A stretch of DNA of 64,000 nt from Verrucomicrobiales bacterium (GTDB lineage: Bacteria; Verrucomicrobiota; Verrucomicrobiia; Verrucomicrobiales; V1-33), in assembly GCA_031411295.1 (NCBI GenBank), contig JANOAV010000087.1, positions 1-64,000 on the forward strand, read 5' to 3'. Shown here in pieces: positions 28,111 to 37,434 of this stretch. Under the pieces are notes generated by a model. It was not told the origin of the DNA. It searched no databases and saw only the letters and a program-made list of their open reading frames with translations. The number at the start of each line of letters is the position of its first letter. Position 1 is the stretch's first letter. The translations under genes were made by a program, and so were the position numbers.

Positions 28111-29115
28111 CTAGGGAGTGCCTAAGTGTTTCGACGGAGAACTGATGCCCTGAGCGGCCACGCAGCCAATGGCGCTGGTGTCGGCCACGATGGCATTGAC
28201 GGCACTGGGGGAACTTCCCAGACAGTAGGAGACGACCTTGCCGTTGATGGCGGCCCAGGTCGAGCTGGTGGACGTTGCGGAGCATTGTGTGACGACGCCT
28301 CCATTGATGCCGTAAGCTTGTCCTTTGGCGGTGGCGGTGCAGCGGGCCACGTTATTGGCTTGAATTCCGGCGTGGATGGACACGAGATCCGTGCCCAAGG
28401 TATCCGCAGTGCAGTCGGAAACTTTCGACGCCAGGATGCCGGTCTCGCCACAGCGTTCGACGACGGAGTTCGTGACATCGTTGGCTTGGATCCCGTAGTG
28501 ATGAATGCTCTCGACAGCGCAGCGATCTACTTTCGCAGACGGGATCGCAATGCCAGACCCGCAGCGCGTGATTCTTAGCTCTGACAGCGAAATCGCGCTG
28601 GTAGTGCTGGGTGCCGCCTTTACACCCCACTCGAAACCACCATCCAGCCAACTGCTGGTGTAAACGGTGTTGCCCCGCACATGGCCGTTTTTTACGTGAA
28701 CATCGGTCAAGGAAGTAGCACCCGGATCAATATTTATCGCAGCACCACTGAGCCCTGAGGAGTTGGAAGAAATCGTAAAACCGTTGAGATCCAGCGTCAC
28801 ACTGGAGGCCGTGATGCGAATGGCATCGCCACTGGTTACGGCAATGTTTCCTGTGAGCACATAGCTACCGGGCGCGCTGATGGTAAACGCCGGGCCCGCA
28901 GCCGCCGCACCACTGGTTCCGGGAATGGGCGTGCGTCCATTTAAACTGCTGGTGGCAAGGGCATCAATCGCAGCCTTGATCTCGACGAGCGATGGCATTT
29001 GCGTGGCCGGGCTACCCGGGCCTGCGCTGGGATCCAGTGGCCCGGCAGCTTGCGATGCCGGAGTGATGGCAAACACGCCGAGCATCAGTGCGGTGGTTAT
29101 GAGTGTGAATTTCAT
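28111..29115 (-). CDS. Secreted right-handed beta-helix repeat protein (paralog of 26878..28071)
   Basis: AGPLDPSAGP..MPSL.E; PGSYVLTGNI; VTLDLNGFTI; start MKFTLIT. Confidence 0.82.
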   Translation of the reverse strand: MKFTLITTALMLGVFAITPASQAAGPLDPSAGPGSPATQMPSLVEIKAAIDALATSSLNGRTPIPGTSGAAAAGPAFTISAPGSYVLTGNIAVTSGDAIRITASSVTLDLNGFTISSNSSGLSGAAINIDPGATSLTDVHVKNGHVRGNTVYTSSWLDGGFEWGVKAAPSTTSAISLSELRITRCGSGIAIPSAKVDRCAVESIHHYGIQANDVTNSVVERCGETGILASKVSDCTADTLGTDLVSIHAGIQANNVARCTATAKGQAYGINGGVVTQCSATSTSSTWAAINGKVVSYCLGSSPSAVNAIVADTSAIGCVAAQGISSPSKHLGTP

Positions 29116-29538
29116 GAAGCGGTGAACGGTTTGAGATGAGAAAATGAAGGTTCTCTCCTTCTCTTCCGTTTGTCCGATGGGCATCTTTCAGAAAATTTCG
29201 GCTTTTTTTGGCGCGTGCTGTATCTCAAGCTGCTGCGCTCAAGGAATGGCGGTGGCAAAGGGTTTACACGCGGGTGTGCACGAAAGAACTGCTGAAACAG
29301 AACCTTGTTGTTCTGGCAAAGCTCCAAGGTGAGTTTGATAACATCACAGCGTAGTGGGAGCGCCCACGCTCCCCATCATTGTTTCGAGGACGCCCTCGTT
29401 TCCGGTAATCGCGCCTTCCGGGCGGGGCGACCAAAAACGACATCGGCGGGATCACAATGTGTCAGGCTGAGGTAAATTGATCGTCAGAAGATTGTCATGA
29501 GGTTCCAGCGTTATTCCAAGTCGCCTTCAAGATGAGGT

Positions 29539-29765
29539 GATCCCGGAGGGATCTCAGAAATTAGCCGGGGGTTGAGCGTTAGCGATACCCCCGGTTAGCG
29601 GCCCAAAAGAATTGCATCCCGGCAGGGATGCCAGATCAGCAATATGACCGGAAATGGCTTGGCACGATCCCATTGTGGCATCCCTACCGGGATGCGGTCA
29701 TTTCGTTGGGATACCGGGGGTATCGCTATCACTCAACCCCCTAATTTCTGTCAAGCCTCTGGCTT
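29539..29765. repeat. Large REPIN-like inverted-repeat element
   Basis: CAGAAATTAG..GGGGTTGAG..TAGCGATACCCCCGGT and GCATCCCGG.AGGGATGCCA are mirrored by TGGCATCCCT.CCGGGATGC and ACCGGGGGTATCGCTA..CTCAACCCC.CTAATTTCTG. Confidence 0.85.
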
Positions 29766-29943
29766 GAATCCGATTAAGACCAATCTGTCAGGAATTCAGT
29801 TTATCACCCAGTAAATGCGGGTTCGCACTGGCTGAAATCCTCCGTGGATTGGAGCAGTCCAGCGGACTGCTCCCACACTCGTTCACTTGATTACGCGGGA
29901 AGGTTTTCTTGCGGATGGGGTGCGTTGGCCGCAGCATACTACG

Positions 29944-32613
29944 ATGATGTGGTCTGTTCGCAGTGTTTCCCGCTTGGTTGCCATGGCCCTGGTTGCTGTG
30001 GGGAGCAGTCGTGCGGATGGGGTGGAGGATGTGAGGTTGCAGCATTGGGCTTGGCAACCGGTGATTCGACCGACGGTGCCAGCGGCGGGGAATGCGATTG
30101 ATGCGTTTATCAATCTAAAGTTGGCAGCACAGGGGTTGGTGATGGCGCCCGAGGCGGATGCCCGCACGCTGTGCCGTCGGCTGTATTTTGATCTGATGGG
30201 CCTGCCGCCGTCGCCTGAGGAAATGGCGACATTTCTGGCAGAGTCCGCAGCAGATGCCTCGGGGGCTTACGGGCGGCTGGTGGATTGTTTACTGGCGTCG
30301 CCACAGTATGGGGAACGCTGGGCGCGGCATTGGTTGGACATTGCGCACTATGCGGACACGCATGGATTCGAGCGCGATCAACGGCGGGACAATGCTTGGC
30401 GGTATCGGGATTGGGTGATTCAGGCGTTCAATGCGGATCAACCTTATGATGCCTTTTTACGGGATCAAATTGCAGGCGATGTCCTGCGCCCGGAGGATCC
30501 GGCGGCGGTGATTGCGACAGGCTTTCTCGCGGCTGGACCATGGGATTTCGTAGGGCAGGCAGAGACGCCCAGCCCGGTGTTGAAACGGTTGGCGCGCGCA
30601 GACGATCTGGATGACATGGTGACGCAAGTGATGACGGCGGCGTGCGGGGTAACGGTGAATTGCGCGCGCTGTCATGATCACAAATTGGATCCTATTCCGC
30701 AGCGCGAATACTATGCGCTGTGGTCGGTCTTCGCTGGCGTGAAGCGCGCGGACCGGGACGCGGATGCGCTGGGGGCGAAGCAAGTGGCGGAGCAGAAACA
30801 ACGACTAACGACTGAGATCGCTAACGTGAAATCTCAGTTGGCCAAGTTGGAAAATCGCGGACTGGATCTGGCAGACATCGTTGGCGGTGGGAATGGTCTG
30901 GGCACTGGCAAGAAGGGTGATGGCATCAATGTGGCCACCGGGAAATCGCAGTCCGTCCCCGGCAGCTTTGTTGAAGGAGCGAAGGCAAATATAGTCTCTG
31001 CAGTAGCGGGAGATTATGTGGACAGCGTGGTGATTCCCAATGGCGATGGCGGAGTGGAGGTTCCAGTGACGACGACTGGATTGAAAGTTTCCGGCATTCC
31101 CAAAACCTCCGGCCAAGCCTGGGACGCGGTGCGTGACGGGCCGGTCAGTGCACAGAAATCCACGGAGAGTGCTGGGGTGGATTTCAATAAAGATGGGCAT
31201 GCGCTGCTGGGGTTGCATGCGAATGCGGCCATCACCTTCGATCTGAATCCCCTGCGGGCGATCTTGAAGTCTGAAAGCTTGCGTTTCCAAGCGGACGTCG
31301 GCTATGGCGGGCGAGGCGAGCAGGAAACCTTTGCCGCCGTGAGAGTGTTTGTCGATGGGGAGTTGGTATTTCTAACCGAACGGATCAGCGCAAAGAGCGG
31401 GCGGCTCTTCGTAAATGTCACCCTGCCCGCAGGCGCGAAATTTCTCACACTGATGGCGACCGATGGAGGAGATGGTATCAGTCACGACCAAGTCTTCTTT
31501 GGTGACCCGAGGATTGCGGCCGCGGAGCCAGCAGCACCAACGGAAGTGATGTTAGCCGAGCGGGCAGCGTTGAAATCCCGGCTGGCAGAATGCGAGCATG
31601 AATTGGCCGCACAGCCCACGCCGCCCAAGGTCTATGCCGTCGTCAGTGAAACGCCGGCGGTGGTGAATGTTCTGTTGCGTGGAGATCCTGAGCAGCCTCG
31701 CGAAACAGTAGCTCCTGCGGCCCTGTCGTTGGTGGCCGCGTTGAAGCCTGAACTGGCGGACGGGGACAGCCCGGAGGGTGAACGTCGTCGCGCCTTGGCG
31801 GCATGGATCACGTCGCCAGCAAATCCGTTAACCCGTCGGGTGATCGTGAATCGCTTGTGGCACTATCATTTCGGCACGGGTTTGGTGGACACGCCCAGTG
31901 ACTTCGGAGCCGGCGGCGGGAAGCCCTCGCATCCGGAATTGCTGGATTGGTTGGCGGAGGAATTGGTGGCGCAAGGTTGGTCGCTCAAGGCCATGCATCG
32001 TTTGTTGGTCACCAGCGCGACGTATCGGCAGCAATCGGCTCACGTTCAGAGCAATGCCAGCGATACCGGCAATCGACTGCTCTGGCGCATGAATCCCCGC
32101 CGCTTGGATGCAGAATCCGTGCGCGATGCGGTCTTGGCCGTGAGTGGGAAATTGAATCGCGAGCCCTTCGGTCCTGGGTATCGAGATTTCGACTACACCG
32201 AAGCCTATGCGCCCGTATATCAATACCTCACGGCCGACAAACCGGAACTGTGGCGACGCAGCATTTATCGCTTTGTGGTGCGCACAACGCCACAGCAATT
32301 TCTCACCACACTCGACTGTGCAAATCCCGCCAACCTAACGCCTGCCCGCAACATCACGACGACTGCATTGCAATCTCTGGCGCTGCTCAACAATGCGTTC
32401 ATGCAGCAGCAAGCAGGCTATTTCGCAGAGCGGGTTACGTCAGAAATCGGGGACGATGCCGTCGCACAAATCAAACGTGCCTTCGCGCTCGCATTTGGTC
32501 GCGCGCCCACCGCAGCGGAAGCGGAATCTGCCCTTGGCCTCGTGCAAGCGAGCGGCTTGCCGCAGCTTTGTCGCATGCTTTTCAACGCCAACGAATTTGT
32601 CTATGTGGACTGA
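29944..32613 (+). CDS. DUF1549/DUF1553 (PSD1/PSD2) protein with an internal NPCBM/NEW2-like domain
   Basis: HWAWQP, YGERWARHWLD, CARCHDHK, PSHPELLDWLA, RRSIY; the NPCBM-like part ends in DQVFFGDPRI. Start uncertain. Confidence 0.9.
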   Translation: MMWSVRSVSRLVAMALVAVGSSRADGVEDVRLQHWAWQPVIRPTVPAAGNAIDAFINLKLAAQGLVMAPEADARTLCRRLYFDLMGLPPSPEEMATFLAESAADASGAYGRLVDCLLASPQYGERWARHWLDIAHYADTHGFERDQRRDNAWRYRDWVIQAFNADQPYDAFLRDQIAGDVLRPEDPAAVIATGFLAAGPWDFVGQAETPSPVLKRLARADDLDDMVTQVMTAACGVTVNCARCHDHKLDPIPQREYYALWSVFAGVKRADRDADALGAKQVAEQKQRLTTEIANVKSQLAKLENRGLDLADIVGGGNGLGTGKKGDGINVATGKSQSVPGSFVEGAKANIVSAVAGDYVDSVVIPNGDGGVEVPVTTTGLKVSGIPKTSGQAWDAVRDGPVSAQKSTESAGVDFNKDGHALLGLHANAAITFDLNPLRAILKSESLRFQADVGYGGRGEQETFAAVRVFVDGELVFLTERISAKSGRLFVNVTLPAGAKFLTLMATDGGDGISHDQVFFGDPRIAAAEPAAPTEVMLAERAALKSRLAECEHELAAQPTPPKVYAVVSETPAVVNVLLRGDPEQPRETVAPAALSLVAALKPELADGDSPEGERRRALAAWITSPANPLTRRVIVNRLWHYHFGTGLVDTPSDFGAGGGKPSHPELLDWLAEELVAQGWSLKAMHRLLVTSATYRQQSAHVQSNASDTGNRLLWRMNPRRLDAESVRDAVLAVSGKLNREPFGPGYRDFDYTEAYAPVYQYLTADKPELWRRSIYRFVVRTTPQQFLTTLDCANPANLTPARNITTTALQSLALLNNAFMQQQAGYFAERVTSEIGDDAVAQIKRAFALAFGRAPTAAEAESALGLVQASGLPQLCRMLFNANEFVYVD

Positions 32614-34033
32614 CCGCAACCTCCTTTCCAAACGGGACTTCCTCTCCCAATTCAGCGGAGTGGCATTGGCCTCATTGTTATCGCGCGATGGATTGTTGGC
32701 GGCCGGAGCAACCAATCCCTTGGCTGCCAAGCCCGCTCCATTTGCTCCGAAAGCCAAGGCTGTGATTCAAATTTTCTGTCCCGGTGGGCTAAGCCATGTG
32801 GATACGTGGGACTACAAGCCCGAGTTGGAGCGCTACCATGGCCAACCGTTCGATGCCGAGTTGGGGAAACAAACGTTTGCCGGGATAGCGGGAAATTATG
32901 CCAAGAGCTTCTGGCCGTTTCGGCAACATGGGCAGTGTGGCAAATGGATCAGCGATCTGTTCCCGGGCTTGGCCAGACAGGTGGATGACATGGCCTTCGT
33001 GCATTCGATGCAGAGTAAATCTGCGCTGCATGGACCTGCGATGTTCATGATGAACAGTGGATATATTCGCCCGGGATTTCCCGCGATGGGAGCGTGGGTC
33101 ACGTATGGGTTAGGGAGCGCCAGCGAGAATCTCCCAGCCTTCGTGGTGCTGCCAGATCCACGCGGACTGCCGCCTGGCGGAGTGGCGAACTGGGGCGCGG
33201 GATTCCTGCCCGCCGTGCATCAAGGAACGGTGTTAGAGACGGCGGCGGGCAAGGCGCCCTTTGCCGATCTCTTTCCAGCGCAGAAAGTAACGGCGGAGGC
33301 AGAGCGCGCAGGACAAAATTTCCTCCAAAGCCTGAATGCCGCCCATGCTGGGACGCGCGCGGATTCCTTGCTGGAAGCCCGCATCGCTTCCTATGAACTA
33401 GCCGCCAAACTACAACTCAGCGCCCCCGAGGCGGTGGACCTTGCAGGCGAAACGGAAGCCACCCAAAAGCTCTACGCGCTCAGCGATGAGGACGCGGGGC
33501 CATTCGGCAGGCAGTGTCTGCTGGCGCGCAGATTGGTGGAACGCGGGGTGCGTTTCGTGCAAGTTTTTTGCGGAGCGGAGAATACGTCATCCAAAAAGAT
33601 TCGCCCTAACTGGGACAGTCATGAAGACATCGTGCGGGATCATGGCTACTGGGGACGGGTGCTGGACACGGGAGCCAGCGCGTTGTTGGCGGATTTGCGT
33701 TCGCGTGGATTATTGGAGAGCACGCTCGTTATTTGCACCACGGAATTCGGTCGGCAGCCCTTCATGCAGGGGAAACAAAAAGGCCGGGACCACAACTCGG
33801 GTGCGTTCACTGCATGGATGGCTGGAGGCGGCATCAAAGGCGGCACCAGCCACGGCACCAGCGATGCCCATGGCTGGAAAGCGGAACAGGATCCCGCCTA
33901 CAGCTACGAACTCCACGCCACTGCGCTGCATTTGCTAGGGATCGACCACACGAAACTTTCCTTCTACCAAAACGGTATCCAGCGACGGCTCACGGATGTC
34001 CATGGCGAAGTGCTGCATGGATTGATCGGGTAG
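32603..34033 (+). CDS. DUF1501 family protein
   Basis: GGLSHVDTWDYKP, ARRLVERGVRFVQ, WDSH, EFGR.P, GRDHN. Confidence 0.93.
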   Translation: MWTDRNLLSKRDFLSQFSGVALASLLSRDGLLAAGATNPLAAKPAPFAPKAKAVIQIFCPGGLSHVDTWDYKPELERYHGQPFDAELGKQTFAGIAGNYAKSFWPFRQHGQCGKWISDLFPGLARQVDDMAFVHSMQSKSALHGPAMFMMNSGYIRPGFPAMGAWVTYGLGSASENLPAFVVLPDPRGLPPGGVANWGAGFLPAVHQGTVLETAAGKAPFADLFPAQKVTAEAERAGQNFLQSLNAAHAGTRADSLLEARIASYELAAKLQLSAPEAVDLAGETEATQKLYALSDEDAGPFGRQCLLARRLVERGVRFVQVFCGAENTSSKKIRPNWDSHEDIVRDHGYWGRVLDTGASALLADLRSRGLLESTLVICTTEFGRQPFMQGKQKGRDHNSGAFTAWMAGGGIKGGTSHGTSDAHGWKAEQDPAYSYELHATALHLLGIDHTKLSFYQNGIQRRLTDVHGEVLHGLIG

Positions 34034-34043
34034 GTGGATGGCT

Positions 34044-35036
34044 TTACAGCTTCACCCACTGCCACTCGAAACGTTTGCGCCCGAAGTGGACGATGAGTCC
34101 CCAAGGCAGTTTGAGATAGCGGAGGGCGGCTTTGAGCCGTTGTTTATCCGAGGCGCGGATGCCGTCCTGCTGTGCGAGCACCAGCAAGGCCCCACTGCGT
34201 TGGAAGGTCATCATTTGGGGAAATTGGCATTCGCCTAACACGGTTCCGTCCACGCTGACGCTCCCGGTTGGTTCGTCCTCGAAATCGATGGATTCCAGCC
34301 CCCACTCGACCCGCAACAAGCCCCGATAAACTTCCTGACCGTAGCCCAATCCCTGCGCCCGTCCAATCCGTAGCAGGCTGCGAGCGAGCATGGAGGCACG
34401 CAGTTCGTCATGTTTCTCCACCGGGTTCTGATGCAGCATTTCCTCATGCGGAATGGTGGGGAACACGCCATGGTTGGGAGAAAGTAATCGCGTGACCACT
34501 TCCGGCCTGGTGAAATCCACCAGCAGCCCGAAGCGAGCGTTGTAGAATTTCTGAGCGCTACTAGTGCAGGCAATGGTGGCCTGGGAGAACTCATGCGGAC
34601 CGTCGTGCAGATCGATTACTAACGAGGTATCGCAGAGGAAATCAGGGGTGAACTCCGCAGCTACTTTATCGCGATGCTTCAGGATGCCACGTGGTTTGAT
34701 CTGCGTGGTGCCCCCGGATTTGAGCAAGCGGGCGGTGAACAAATCACGGTAAAATTTCGACGGCAAGCCTGGTCCCAACGCCGCATGCGTTTCCTGCGCT
34801 AACTGCATGACTTTGCCGACCAACGGATCATCGGGCAGACGTGGTTCATGGCGCGGCGGAGGCCCACCCGGGCGACCTTTGCCACCTGGGCGCGGCGGCC
34901 CCGGCCGACCTCCCCGAGGATCCCGCCCACGTCCATCGCGTGCGGCTGGTCCCTCCGGCCGGGGTGGACGTGGCGGACGCGGCCCATTTTCGCCATGAGG
35001 TGGACGTGGGGGCGGCGGGGGAGGGGATTCGGGCAT
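34044..35036 (-). CDS. GxxExxY (PD-(D/E)XK_3)-like protein with two degenerate domains and a Pro/Arg/Gly-rich N-terminus
   Basis: HAALGPGLPSKFY...GLLVDF and GLGYGQEVY...GLIVHFG. Confidence 0.7.
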   Translation of the reverse strand: MPESPPPPPPRPPHGENGPRPPRPPRPEGPAARDGRGRDPRGGRPGPPRPGGKGRPGGPPPRHEPRLPDDPLVGKVMQLAQETHAALGPGLPSKFYRDLFTARLLKSGGTTQIKPRGILKHRDKVAAEFTPDFLCDTSLVIDLHDGPHEFSQATIACTSSAQKFYNARFGLLVDFTRPEVVTRLLSPNHGVFPTIPHEEMLHQNPVEKHDELRASMLARSLLRIGRAQGLGYGQEVYRGLLRVEWGLESIDFEDEPTGSVSVDGTVLGECQFPQMMTFQRSGALLVLAQQDGIRASDKQRLKAALRYLKLPWGLIVHFGRKRFEWQWVKL

Positions 35037-35071
35037 GGCTTTGGAAATACTGGTTAGGGGAAAGGAGAGGA

Positions 35072-35944
35072 TTATTTCTTGCGATCACGATATTCCTGCG
35101 GGCGCAGGCCAGTGTATCGCTTGAAGACCGTGGCGAAATATTGGGCCGTGGGGAAGGCCAGTTCGTTGGAGATTTTCATGATTGGATGCGTGGATTTGCG
35201 CAGCCAATACTTGGCCTTTTCAATGCGCCGGCGGATGAGATATTCGCCCGGCGGGATGCCGACCTCCGTTTTGAAACGCACTTTGAAGCGCGCCTCGGAG
35301 AGGTTCGCCACGGCCGCTAGATCAGACAAGGAGATGTCCCAATGGCCTTCCACGCGGAGGACATCGAGCGCATTGCTGATCGGCCCGGCAATGTCCTTGG
35401 AGAGGTCATTGGAGAAACAATAGGCCAACTCGACGCCTAACAGCGTCGCCCGCGCCACCAGGGCTGCCCGGCTCAGTGGCTCAGTGTTCACGGCCGGCCA
35501 GAGCCGATAGATCTCGTGTAAATGTTCGGTGATGGCTTCGGAGGCCCGCGCAGAGCGCTTGCCTTCGTTCAAGGCTTTCATGAGCGCTTCGCTAGCCGCA
35601 GCCGGAAGACCGAGGAAGGTCTTTTTCGCAACGGCTTTGCGCAGGAAAATCCAATAGGCTTCTCCCTTCTCCTCCGGCTGCCCCGCCGTGCTATGGCTTT
35701 CACCGGGACGCGTGAGGTAGAGGTCACCTCCCCGGAGGACGGTGCGCTGACCTTCCGTTTCGTAGATCTGCACGCCCTTGGCCAGAAATGTCACTTCGTA
35801 ATGATGGGTATGCACTTCCCGGGCCAGGCCCTTGGCGGCTCGGCGGTAAGTGTAGTGTCCCAGCACTGGCATGTCGTCCAGCCCGATAGGGCGCAGGTCC
35901 AGGATGGTCCGTTCGTTGGTGGATTGAAGGTCAAAATGCTCCAT
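35072..35944 (-). CDS. AraC family transcriptional regulator
   Basis: Cupin-like N-terminus; C-terminal HTH ending YFATVFKRYTG.RP.EYR. Confidence 0.93.
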   Translation of the reverse strand: MEHFDLQSTNERTILDLRPIGLDDMPVLGHYTYRRAAKGLAREVHTHHYEVTFLAKGVQIYETEGQRTVLRGGDLYLTRPGESHSTAGQPEEKGEAYWIFLRKAVAKKTFLGLPAAASEALMKALNEGKRSARASEAITEHLHEIYRLWPAVNTEPLSRAALVARATLLGVELAYCFSNDLSKDIAGPISNALDVLRVEGHWDISLSDLAAVANLSEARFKVRFKTEVGIPPGEYLIRRRIEKAKYWLRKSTHPIMKISNELAFPTAQYFATVFKRYTGLRPQEYRDRKK

Positions 35945-36009
35945 GAGAGCAATTCCTAGAAGAAATTCCGAGGGAACGCAATCTCGAAAGCCGACTCGAT
36001 GGGTTCATT

Positions 36010-37431
36010 TCACGTCGTTGCAGCGGGCGCATCCCACTGCTGAATTTGTTCAGGGAAAGGACACCGGGCACAGTCACTGGAGTCCTGACAGCAGAAGTCC
36101 TGATAAATCTGTAGCAGCGCCTGGTGCTGATAGAGCTTGCTGGTGAACGTGTCCGCCAGGGACACATTGGTTCCGAACAACCGCAGCGCAGCGCGTTTCG
36201 TCTTCTCGTTATCCAACGGGGCGGAACGCTGGCAGTAGGAGCGCCAGAGCGGTTCACGCTCTGGGATGAGGAGCGGGAAAATGAGATTGGAAAGCATATC
36301 ACTGATGCGCGTGGCCCCGATCAACGCCATGGGCTTGGCGGCGGGATTGGAAGTCAGCGTGTAATGAAAATCCCAATACGGATGGTGCAGCGATGCCACC
36401 AGCGCCCGGAAATCCTTTTCCACAAAGGCTTCGGCGGGCTGTAGCTGTCTGCGGAATTTCGGCCAATGCGCTGCGATCTCACTCAGCGCAGCCACCCGAC
36501 GTTGCGGATGATTCATGGGCCGCACCGCACTGGCGTGCCAGGTCAACGCGGGCCGGGCGGGCGCTTCCTGGGAGGCGGTGCGATGTTTCCACCAGACTTC
36601 CCAGAGCGTGCGCAGATAGGATTTCGTGACCGTATCCGCTTGGTCGAAATTGAATCCATCGAGGAATCCCGAGGTTCCGAAACACCGTGCTTCCCGCTCG
36701 TCCGGACGCTGCTGAAGTTGCGCCAAGGGCAGGCGCTGGGCGAGCACCGTCATGGGGAGTTTATTGTTGGCATACCCCAGCGTTTCCGCCAGTCCTTGGA
36801 ACACCGCCTGATCCCAGCCATGCGCTTGGATGACCCGATTCCAACGGGCCGTTTTCAATTCCAAACGATACCGCGCAGCCGCCTCGAACAGGCTCGTGAT
36901 CTGCCCCAGTGGCCAATCGTTTAAGCGCAGCGAGCAGCGACCGGGCTTGGCCGCAGGCTGCGGTGTGGGCACTCCGGTCGTGGAAATCTTGTCGCTCAAG
37001 AGCACTTGTGGCACCAGGCGATGCGATGCGGTGCGCGTGAAGAACTCGGTGGTATCGCTGCGGAAAAACAAGTGCAGCACCACGTCTTCATAGACTGGAT
37101 TCTCGGCATGGCCGTGATATTCCCAAGCCCGGGCCTCCGGATCCAACTCGATGCTGCCCCGCAACACCTCACCCCGAAAGCGGATGGCACACTCCCGAAA
37201 ATCCGGGCCCGCACCGTGGTTCCACCAACCAAATTGAATAATCTCCACGGGCTCGCCCTGCGTGGTTAGGAAATGCTGCCCGAAGTCACCAGCGAACCAG
37301 CGACTCTGCCACTCCAACTCGGTCAGCGGAGTGTCCGCCGACCCCAGAAGATCCGTTTCCGCCAAATGAGTCACGCCTGCATAGGCAGAATGCACGAACT
37401 GTTCATAACGCTGTGCCAGAGGAGAAAGCAT
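36010..37431 (-). CDS. DUF2851 family protein
   Basis: N.GAGPDF, G.IE, W..HGH..NP.Y..V.LH, RP.NHP.RR, terminal Cys cluster. Confidence 0.88.
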   Translation of the reverse strand: MLSPLAQRYEQFVHSAYAGVTHLAETDLLGSADTPLTELEWQSRWFAGDFGQHFLTTQGEPVEIIQFGWWNHGAGPDFRECAIRFRGEVLRGSIELDPEARAWEYHGHAENPVYEDVVLHLFFRSDTTEFFTRTASHRLVPQVLLSDKISTTGVPTPQPAAKPGRCSLRLNDWPLGQITSLFEAAARYRLELKTARWNRVIQAHGWDQAVFQGLAETLGYANNKLPMTVLAQRLPLAQLQQRPDEREARCFGTSGFLDGFNFDQADTVTKSYLRTLWEVWWKHRTASQEAPARPALTWHASAVRPMNHPQRRVAALSEIAAHWPKFRRQLQPAEAFVEKDFRALVASLHHPYWDFHYTLTSNPAAKPMALIGATRISDMLSNLIFPLLIPEREPLWRSYCQRSAPLDNEKTKRAALRLFGTNVSLADTFTSKLYQHQALLQIYQDFCCQDSSDCARCPFPEQIQQWDAPAATT

Positions 37432-37434
37432 CGG

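Noticed and set aside
29340..29470. Riboswitch or ncRNA in the spacer upstream of the beta-helix genes
   Set aside because: Only short hairpins and one GTAG REP-like palindrome are present; no recognisable family consensus.
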